A DNA stretch of 56,853 nucleotides, taken from Verrucomicrobiia bacterium (GTDB taxonomy: Bacteria; Verrucomicrobiota; Verrucomicrobiia; Limisphaerales; JAJOIW01). Shown one piece after another: positions 49,775 to 56,853 of this stretch. Both the position numbers and the translations under genes were made by a program. The notes below the pieces were generated by a model. That model saw nothing but the letters and a program-made list of their open reading frames with translations, was not told the DNA's origin and ran no database searches. Position 1 is the first letter of the stretch, and each line of letters begins with the position of its first letter. Where the stretch lies: NCBI GenBank assembly GCA_030425355.1, contig JAUIAG010000002.1, positions 1-56,853 on the forward strand. The letters run 5' to 3'.

Positions 49775-49814
49775 GCGACCGGAATTCCAAGGCACTGAAA
49801 AGCCCGAAAGTCCA

Positions 49815-51254
49815 ATGTTATTCAACAGCCACGAATTTGCCGTACTGTTTCTAGTCACGGCGATCCTGTATTATTTGCCGCCTCTGAGGAAGCTTCAGCC
49901 GGGCATCCTGCTGATATCCAGCTTCATCTTCTATTCGCACCACAATCCCATGCTTCTGGCGCTGCTGATGTTCTCCATCGTGTGCAATGCCCTTGGGAGT
50001 TATGCGATTCTTCGGTATCCGCTGCAGAAGGCGCGGTGGCTGACACTGATTGCGGTATCCGTAAATATCGGCATACTCGGGGCATTCAAATATGCCGGTC
50101 TGCTGGCACGGACACTCTGGGGAGAGACCGCCGATGGGAATCAGTTAGGTCACTTCCTCGTCACCATTCCGCTTCCGCTCGGCATTTCCTTTTTTACCTT
50201 CCAGGGGATCAGCCTCCTGATCGACTGTTTCCGATCGCGTGAATCGGACCAGCTGGAAAGGAAAATCGCCTGCCTCCACGAGATCCATCACAGCGGGTTC
50301 TGGAGGTTCTCACTGGACACGGCACTTTACATCGCTTTTTTCCCACAGCTGGTGGCGGGCCCGATCGTGAAGGCCCGCGACTTCTATTTTCAGATTCAGC
50401 CAAAATACTTTTCCAGGATTCCGTGGGACCACGTCTTCCGGTTCGTGGTGCTGGGCTATTTTCTGAAAATGGTGGTGGCCGACAACCTCAAGGACCGGAC
50501 CTACTATCTGACCTACCCGCTTTTTCTCGAACTGGACTGGATGACACTGCTTTCGCTGCTGCTGGGATACTCGATGCAGATTTTCAGTGATTTTGCAGGC
50601 TACTCGGCCATTGCTATCGGGCTGTCATCATTTTTCGGCTACGTGATCCCCGTGAATTTCCGGAAGCCCTACATCGCGCAGTCGTTTGCCGATTTCTGGA
50701 GCCGGTGGCACATTTCCCTGTCCACGTGGCTCAAGGAGTACCTCTACTTCGGACTGGGCGGCAACCGGAAAGGCGCCGTCCGCACCTATCTGAACCTTTT
50801 TCTGGTGATGTTCCTCGGCGGCCTCTGGCATGGTGCTTCATGGAATTACGCCTTCTGGGGAATTTTTCACGGCCTGGCCCTTGCGACTGAAAGAGCCCTG
50901 CGCGGCTCGCGGCCGGATGACTCCCCCAAGCTGGTGGTTGCGGTGCTCCGGACCCTGTTTGTCTTCGCGTTTGTCACTCACGCGTGGCTGTTTTTCATAC
51001 TCAAGGATTTCAATCAGTATACAGCCTTCTGGAAGGCCATGTTCTCAGGCAATGAGAATCCGAATTTTGTCTGGATTGCCTATGTGCTTATTTATTCGGT
51101 TCCGATTGCGCTTTACCACCTGAAGGACCTTGTCTGGGATTCGATTCCTTCGCGGGCCAAAGCACTTGTAGAGCCGGCGGTATTCGGTGCCATGATCTGG
51201 CTGATAATCTTCAACTCCGGATCGGCCGGTGAATTCATCTACTTCCAGTTCTGA
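49815..51254 (+). CDS. MBOAT-family membrane-bound O-acyltransferase (AlgI/DltB-like)
   Basis: MLFNSHEFAVLF opening. Polytopic. FWSRWHISLSTWLKEYLY and GGLWHGASWNY (conserved His). Confidence 0.9.
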   Translation: MLFNSHEFAVLFLVTAILYYLPPLRKLQPGILLISSFIFYSHHNPMLLALLMFSIVCNALGSYAILRYPLQKARWLTLIAVSVNIGILGAFKYAGLLARTLWGETADGNQLGHFLVTIPLPLGISFFTFQGISLLIDCFRSRESDQLERKIACLHEIHHSGFWRFSLDTALYIAFFPQLVAGPIVKARDFYFQIQPKYFSRIPWDHVFRFVVLGYFLKMVVADNLKDRTYYLTYPLFLELDWMTLLSLLLGYSMQIFSDFAGYSAIAIGLSSFFGYVIPVNFRKPYIAQSFADFWSRWHISLSTWLKEYLYFGLGGNRKGAVRTYLNLFLVMFLGGLWHGASWNYAFWGIFHGLALATERALRGSRPDDSPKLVVAVLRTLFVFAFVTHAWLFFILKDFNQYTAFWKAMFSGNENPNFVWIAYVLIYSVPIALYHLKDLVWDSIPSRAKALVEPAVFGAMIWLIIFNSGSAGEFIYFQF

Positions 51255-51274
51255 GCGAACTGCAGGCATTGCTG

Positions 51275-52255
51275 ATGCCTCCATCCAACAACGCCATGAT
51301 GAAACTATTTGATCAGTTCAATTCCCTGCCAGTCGGAGTCCGTGCGCTGGCCTTTTCACTGCTTTTCACCGCTCTTCACTTTGGAGCGGTTCGTGTCATC
51401 CCCGAAACAAAGCGAATGCCTGAGAGGGACCCCATCGACTGGGCTCAGAAATTTCTCCTTCGTGAGAGCCGGGTTCACACGCTGATTGCCGGCTCGTCCA
51501 TTGCGGACCGGCTGGATCCATTCAATACCGACGATGACACAGTGATGATCACCATCAACGGAGGCAGTGCCTTCGACGGACTTCTGATGCTTGAATCGAT
51601 TGATGGTCAAAACAGCGCGCCGGATATCGTGGCCATCGAAATCAACCGTCTGGTGGTCCTTGACCCGAAGGAGTGGCTTACCGACACCCTGAATCCATAC
51701 TACCGGAAAGCATGGACAGAACTGCCCGTTCTGCGGGAAGCCAACCGGCCGATGTCCATTGCAGCATGGCCGGTTCAGGTCTCTCTCAACAAAGCCCACA
51801 TCACCCTCCGGGATAAACTCAGGACGGATTCGCCCGTGAGTGAAAAAAACGGTGAGCCGGAAAGCCTGGACGAAAAACGTGCCGAACTCCTGCGCCTCAA
51901 TATCCTGGAGCAGAAGCTGGTGCTCGAAAATCCAGTCGACGACCAGACCCTCAAATCAATCGTTGAAAGGCTGAATGAGCATATCGACCGACTGAGGGAA
52001 GCTGGCAGCCTCGTCATCCTCTTCCACATGCCGGTCCACCCTGAACTGCATTTCCTCGATGGTCCCCGATCTCTTCTCACGCACCTGAAAGACGCCTTTC
52101 CGGAGTCAGAGATACCGTGGGTGCCGGAAGTCGATCCCGGTGACTACCAATACAGCGACGCCATCCACATGACTCCCGACTCAGCGCGCCGGTATTTCGG
52201 CTTCCTGACCAATTCCATCCGGACAATTGCTGCCGGAGAACAGGTCAGGGAGTAA
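51275..52255 (+). CDS. Hypothetical membrane-anchored protein, probable partner of the MBOAT acyltransferase
   Basis: N-terminal TM followed by a soluble domain (LIAGSSIADRL near the start, DAIHMTP near the end). Lies 20-45 nt downstream of the MBOAT gene. Start is ambiguous (51275 or 51296). Confidence 0.5.
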   Translation: MPPSNNAMMKLFDQFNSLPVGVRALAFSLLFTALHFGAVRVIPETKRMPERDPIDWAQKFLLRESRVHTLIAGSSIADRLDPFNTDDDTVMITINGGSAFDGLLMLESIDGQNSAPDIVAIEINRLVVLDPKEWLTDTLNPYYRKAWTELPVLREANRPMSIAAWPVQVSLNKAHITLRDKLRTDSPVSEKNGEPESLDEKRAELLRLNILEQKLVLENPVDDQTLKSIVERLNEHIDRLREAGSLVILFHMPVHPELHFLDGPRSLLTHLKDAFPESEIPWVPEVDPGDYQYSDAIHMTPDSARRYFGFLTNSIRTIAAGEQVRE

Positions 52256-52311
52256 ACAGACAGAGTTTAAAGGCATGGCGACTGCATCGTTAAGGCGCAC
52301 TGTTGAAAATG

Positions 52312-52370
52312 AATAAAAAATAAAAAAGATGGACAGGCGCATTTTCGGTGGAAAATGCGCCTGTCCATCT
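52312..52370 (-). terminator. Strong Rho-independent terminator (19-bp perfect stem)
   Basis: Stem 52327-52345 pairs perfectly with 52352-52370 across a 6-nt loop. On the minus strand it is followed by TTTTTTATTTTTTATTC. It lies 16 nt after the stop at 52387. Confidence 0.8.
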
Positions 52371-52386
52371 TTCCGACACGGCTGTG

Positions 52387-52578
52387 TCAGGCCCGGGCGT
52401 CGATGCGGCCGGCGGCCGGATCGACGACTGATTCCTCAATCATTTTTATCATGGCCTGTCCCTGTTCCTCCACGAGGTCATTGGCCTTTTCGAGGGTTCT
52501 CACTCCCATTTCGAATCCGACACCACTGGTGTTGCCGAGGTTGTTTCTTATTCCCTGGGCTGCTGCGGAAATATCCAT
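52387..52578 (-). CDS. YjfB-family small protein (putative motility protein family)
   Basis: 63 aa. MDIS... N-terminus and a central helical VRTLEKANDLVEEQGQAMIKMIE, resembling the YjfB family pattern. Confidence 0.55.
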   Translation of the reverse strand: MDISAAAQGIRNNLGNTSGVGFEMGVRTLEKANDLVEEQGQAMIKMIEESVVDPAAGRIDARA

Positions 52579-52742
52579 AATATCAAACTAATCGCCATTG
52601 GGAGCGGAAGCTTTATGTTCCGATTTGAGGCAGAGGCGTAAGTGCCTCTCCATCAGCGGGATCGGATGACTGGAAAAGGACAAGAACCGGCGGCTTTGCC
52701 GGCAATGGATACGATACCGGGGCTGGTCGGTCAGGATCAGGA

Positions 52743-54566
52743 TCAGGATTCGGGCTTGTCGGGCTTTTTCTGCTGCGGGGCACGCACGTCGATGTAGAGT
52801 TCCCGCAACTGTCGCCGATCGACAGGTCCCGGCGATTCGGTCATGAGGCAGGTTCCTTTTGCGGTTTTCGGGAACGCGATGACATCGCGGATACTGTGCG
52901 AACCAGTGAGAAGAGTAATCAGTCGATCGAAGCCGAGCGCGATGCCGCCGTGTGGTGGGCAGCCGTATTTGAAAGCCTCAAGCATGTATCCGAAGCGTTC
53001 GCGTATGGTTTCCTCGCCCAGCTGAAGAATGTCCTGAAAAATGGTCCGCTGCACATCGGGCTGGTGGATACGGATCGATCCCCCGCCAAGCTCGACACCG
53101 TTGACCACAATATCATAATGCTGGCCGCGCACTTCCTTGGGATCGGACGTCAGCTTGGCAACATCCTCATCAACCGGTGCCGTAAACGGGTGATGGCTTG
53201 AATACCAGCGGTTCATTTCCTTGTCGTAGGCAAGCAGCGGGAATTCGATAACCCACAGGAACCGGAAGTCCATGGGGTCCAGATGCAGCTGTCCTTTTGA
53301 CTGGAGCAACCCGGCATTGTATGTCCGGATCAGTCCAAGAATCTCACAGGCGTTGAGCCACTGATCGGCGGCAAAGAGAATCAGGTCTCCCTCCTCGATT
53401 CCCAGTCTGTCGATAAGAGCCTGCTTCTCGGCGTCGCTGAAGAACTTGGTCACCGGAGACTTCCATTCGCCATTCACAACCTTGATATAGGCGAGGCCTT
53501 TGGCGCCATGACTGATGGCATAATCCGTCATGGTCTCCATCTGTCCCTGGGTGGCATCCGCCATGCCCTTGACATTGAGAGCCTTGACCACCCCGCCCTT
53601 TTCGATGACGGAATTGAACACCTTGAAACCGGAGCCGGCAAAGACATCACTGAAATCGACGATTTCCATTCCATAGCGAAGGTCCGGCTTGTCGGTGCCG
53701 AAGCGATCCATGGCTTCGTGGAAAGTCATGCGCTGGAAGGGTGTCTGGATGTCCATGTTGAGGGCGGATTTCCAGATGCGCCTGAGCAGCCCTTCGATGA
53801 GGGCGTATATGTCCTCGCGGTCGATGAAAGACATTTCGATGTCCACCTGGGTGAACTCGGGTTGCCGGTCGGCACGCAGGTCCTCGTCCCTGTAGCAGCG
53901 GGCAAGCTGGAAGTATTTCTCCACTCCGCCAACCATCAGGATCTGCTTGAACTGCTGCGGACTCTGCGGAAGCGCGTAAAACTGGCCGGGTGCCATCCGG
54001 CACGGAACCACAAACTCACGGGCGCCTTCAGGAGTGGACTTGAAAAGCGTCGGCGTTTCCACTTCCAGGAACCCCTCCTCCTCCATGAAGACGCGGGTTG
54101 CGGTGGCAACGCGGCTGCGAAGCCGGAGATTCCGGATCATTTCAGGACGTCGGAGATCCAGATACCGATGCTTGAGGCGCAGTTCCTCGTTGACCCGGGC
54201 GGCAGCTTCAGGGTCGTCCACCGGAAAGGGAAGCACCTCGGCGCGGTTCAGCACCTCGATCTCACTGGCGAGCACCTCGACCTCGCCGGTGGGGATCTTT
54301 TCATTTTTTGTCCCTTCAGGCCGCAGCCGGACCCTGCCGGACACCCGCACCACCGTCTCACTGCGCACATGCTCGGCAACGGAGAAGACTTCCGCCGGCA
54401 GGTCTGCCGGATCAAATACGGCCTGGGTGCGGCCTTCACGATCCCGGATGTCCAGAAAGATCACGCCACCGAGGTCACGATTTGAATGCACCCATCCATT
54501 GAGCGTGACTTCCAGTCCAATGTGTTCCTGTCGCAGTTCGTTGCAGTGGTGTGTCCGTTTCTTCAT
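52743..54566 (-). CDS. aspS: Aspartate--tRNA ligase
   Basis: MKKRTHHCNELR, VTLNGWVHSNRDLGGVIFLDIRDREG, FYALPQSPQQFKQ, class II motifs and the GGGSIR block. The ATG at 54566 is preferred over the TTG at 54614. Confidence 0.95.
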   Translation of the reverse strand: MKKRTHHCNELRQEHIGLEVTLNGWVHSNRDLGGVIFLDIRDREGRTQAVFDPADLPAEVFSVAEHVRSETVVRVSGRVRLRPEGTKNEKIPTGEVEVLASEIEVLNRAEVLPFPVDDPEAAARVNEELRLKHRYLDLRRPEMIRNLRLRSRVATATRVFMEEEGFLEVETPTLFKSTPEGAREFVVPCRMAPGQFYALPQSPQQFKQILMVGGVEKYFQLARCYRDEDLRADRQPEFTQVDIEMSFIDREDIYALIEGLLRRIWKSALNMDIQTPFQRMTFHEAMDRFGTDKPDLRYGMEIVDFSDVFAGSGFKVFNSVIEKGGVVKALNVKGMADATQGQMETMTDYAISHGAKGLAYIKVVNGEWKSPVTKFFSDAEKQALIDRLGIEEGDLILFAADQWLNACEILGLIRTYNAGLLQSKGQLHLDPMDFRFLWVIEFPLLAYDKEMNRWYSSHHPFTAPVDEDVAKLTSDPKEVRGQHYDIVVNGVELGGGSIRIHQPDVQRTIFQDILQLGEETIRERFGYMLEAFKYGCPPHGGIALGFDRLITLLTGSHSIRDVIAFPKTAKGTCLMTESPGPVDRRQLRELYIDVRAPQQKKPDKPES

Positions 54567-54691
54567 TCGTAGGGTTTCTGCGTTTTTCGGTATTTTTACT
54601 GAATTTCCAGCCAAAAAGGAGACATAGTGTGCTGAGAATCGCGCGAAATGCCAATATTTTCTTTTGGATTCTGATGAGGTATGATGGGCGG

Positions 54692-56662
54692 ATGATCCGG
54701 ATATCGACGAAGTCGGCAGTCATGGCCGCACTGCTGGCCATCATCCATGGCACAGCAGTTGGCGCTGAGATGAAAACTGAGGGGGACCGGATGATGGCGA
54801 GGTACTTCGCCGCCCAGGCCACCCGAATTGCCGATTCGACACTCGCTGAAATCCGCGACCTCAATGACTGGACCTCACGCCGGGATAAATACCGCCTGCA
54901 GCTGGCAGAGATGCTGGGGCTGCATCCGGAGCCCGAAAGAACTCCACTCAACCCCGTCGTCACCGGAGTGGTGAATCAGGATCACTTTGAAGTCCGGAAT
55001 CTGCGGTTTGAGTCGATGCCGGGGCTGTATGTCACCGCCAATCTGTATGTGCCATCCGGTCTGACCGGCAGGGCTCCGGCCGTGCTTTATGTGTGCGGGC
55101 ACGCTCCGGCCAAAGTCGGGGAAATATCCTATGGCAACAAAACGAGCTACCAGCACCATCCCGCATGGTTTGCCTCCAACGGATATGTCAGCCTGGTTAT
55201 CGACACCGTTCAGCTGGGAGAGATCGAGGGCATCCACCACGGCACCTACCGCGAGCGAATGTGGTGGTGGAATTCGAGGGGATATACTCCGGCAGGCGTG
55301 GAGGCATGGAACTGTATTCGGGCCGTGGATTACCTCCAGTCGCTCGAATTTGTGAACGGCGACGCTATTGGAATCACCGGCCGCAGTGGCGGCGGTGTCT
55401 ACAGCTGGTGGGCCGCTGCTCTGGATGATCGGATCAGTGTGGCTGCGCCGGTGGCCGGCATCACCGACCTCCGCAATCATGTCATCGACGGCACCGTGGA
55501 AGGTCACTGCGACTGCATGTTCCATGTCAACACTCACCGCTGGGACTTCGCCATGATCACCGCCCTTGTCGCCCCAAGACCACTCATGATCCTCAATACC
55601 GACTCGGATTCGATCTTCCCGCTGGATGGAGTCTACAGGGTCTTTGAGCAGACCCGGAGGATTTACCGACTCTATGGAAAAGAGGAGAATATCGGACTGG
55701 TGATCACTCCCGGGGGACACCGCGATACTCAGGAACTACGTCTCCCCGCATTCAAATGGTTCAACACCCATTTGATGGACCTTGGCGAGGACATCCCGGC
55801 CGTTACGACAAAGTATTTCGAACCCGGGCAGCTTCGGGTTCTCACAGATGGCATTCCCGGGGACCAGCGGAACTCGATCATTCATGACAGCTTCACCATG
55901 CCACGCATGAAGATGCCCGAGCCGCAGAACCGCACCGAACTCCAGTCGCGTCTGCTGGAAAAATGCTTCGGCGGATGGCCCGGATCAGCCATTCCCCTCA
56001 ACCTGAAGAAGGCACTGGAGGCATCCCGTGACGGCCTGACCCTCACTGCATGGGATTTCGACAGCCAGGAGCATGTGCGGCTGCGGATTTATTCCCTCCG
56101 GGCCACAGAAAAAGAGTCACCGGAGAAGGCGCTGCTCCATGTTCCCGGAAGCCGTGAGTGGTCCCGGTTTCTTAACGCCATGCGCCCGCAGTTTCCCACC
56201 CATCTTGACCAGGAAATCAGGCTGGCCGGTGATCAATTCGCCGGTGCCGGGGCAATCGACACTGAAGCCATCCGCAGCTCGGGCATGGTCCATCTGTGGT
56301 TCGTTCCACGGGCCATGGGAAGGACAACCCTGACAGACGACGAACGGCACCTCACCCATACACGCCGTCGCTTCATGCTGCTCGGGCAGACTCTTGCCGG
56401 CATGCAGACGTGGGACATTCACCGGGCGATTGATGCGACAAGGGAACTCATCACGGCACCGCTTGATGTCGAAGCGTCGGGAACTCTTTCTCTGCCGGCA
56501 CTCCTCGCCGGTCTGTTTCACCAGGAACTGGCGGGTCTGGAGATAGATCCTCTCGGTGACGACGACAAGACCCTGCCGGACATTCTCAATCTCTCACTTG
56601 TGTCCACCCCGTCACTGATCCGGAGATTTGCCGGCCAGTCCTTTCCGGTAACAGTTCGATAG
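54692..56662 (+). CDS. Exported alpha/beta hydrolase (acetyl xylan esterase / dienelactone hydrolase-like)
   Basis: Signal peptide from the ATG at 54692. Nucleophile elbow GITGRSGGG, with downstream D and H candidates (NTDSDSIFP, PGGHRD). Confidence 0.7.
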   Translation: MIRISTKSAVMAALLAIIHGTAVGAEMKTEGDRMMARYFAAQATRIADSTLAEIRDLNDWTSRRDKYRLQLAEMLGLHPEPERTPLNPVVTGVVNQDHFEVRNLRFESMPGLYVTANLYVPSGLTGRAPAVLYVCGHAPAKVGEISYGNKTSYQHHPAWFASNGYVSLVIDTVQLGEIEGIHHGTYRERMWWWNSRGYTPAGVEAWNCIRAVDYLQSLEFVNGDAIGITGRSGGGVYSWWAAALDDRISVAAPVAGITDLRNHVIDGTVEGHCDCMFHVNTHRWDFAMITALVAPRPLMILNTDSDSIFPLDGVYRVFEQTRRIYRLYGKEENIGLVITPGGHRDTQELRLPAFKWFNTHLMDLGEDIPAVTTKYFEPGQLRVLTDGIPGDQRNSIIHDSFTMPRMKMPEPQNRTELQSRLLEKCFGGWPGSAIPLNLKKALEASRDGLTLTAWDFDSQEHVRLRIYSLRATEKESPEKALLHVPGSREWSRFLNAMRPQFPTHLDQEIRLAGDQFAGAGAIDTEAIRSSGMVHLWFVPRAMGRTTLTDDERHLTHTRRRFMLLGQTLAGMQTWDIHRAIDATRELITAPLDVEASGTLSLPALLAGLFHQELAGLEIDPLGDDDKTLPDILNLSLVSTPSLIRRFAGQSFPVTVR

Positions 56663-56679
56663 TCGGGGACGGGGCCCGG

Positions 56680-56853
56680 TTAATCTGACGAATCCGCTAC
56701 ACCGCTTTCATCGGGGACCAGATGAATGTTCCCGACAGCCATTGATTCAACGGGCCTTCTCTGAATCAGAATGGACCGGATCAAGGCTCTGTCCATGTGC
56801 AGATGACCATGGAAACTCCTGTCGCGGGAACTGAACTGCCCCGCCCCCACCGA
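56680..56853 (-). CDS. C-terminal fragment of a protein (possibly a metallophosphoesterase), runs off window edge
   Basis: Open minus frame ...FHGHLHMDRALIRSILIQRRPVESMAVGNIHLVPDESGVADSSD, with the stop at 56680-56682. GHLH resembles the last metallophosphoesterase motif. Confidence 0.3.
   Translation of the reverse strand, partial: SVGAGQFSSRDRSFHGHLHMDRALIRSILIQRRPVESMAVGNIHLVPDESGVADSSD

Overview
A 56.9 kb chromosomal segment with about 50 protein-coding genes. I saw no rRNA, tRNA, CRISPR array, transposase or integrase. The gene content suggests a PVC-superphylum, Verrucomicrobiota-like bacterium. The clues are an H-X9-DG prepilin-like protein, exported sulfatases, a planctomycete-type heme-c domain and a short ParC. 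This taxonomic call is inference only. Most of the window is housekeeping: M42 peptidase, hemW, nnr, a CDF transporter, parE-parC, purD, rho, sdhCAB, comM, aspS, gmd and an MBOAT acyltransferase. The stretches I consider most worth follow-up are listed here. (1) A nine-gene, tightly packed cbb3-type oxidase operon (12510 to 6860, minus strand). It has a non-canonical order and six uncharacterised membrane proteins, one carrying a Cys4/His4 cluster. (2) A single 714-codon ORF fusing a YwlE-like low-molecular-weight phosphatase, RpiB and serine hydroxymethyltransferase. (3) A PHM/DBH-like copper monooxygenase that keeps all six copper ligands, fused to an N-terminal CxxCH heme-c domain and a C-terminal EF-hand loop. 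(4) An accessory-looking block (24.0 to 34.7 kb) of exported enzymes lying between rho and sdh. It holds a GDSL-like protein lacking the block V histidine, a sulfatase, a HEAT-repeat protein, a CotH kinase and two metallophosphoesterases. All functional calls rest on motif recognition by eye. No database search was run.
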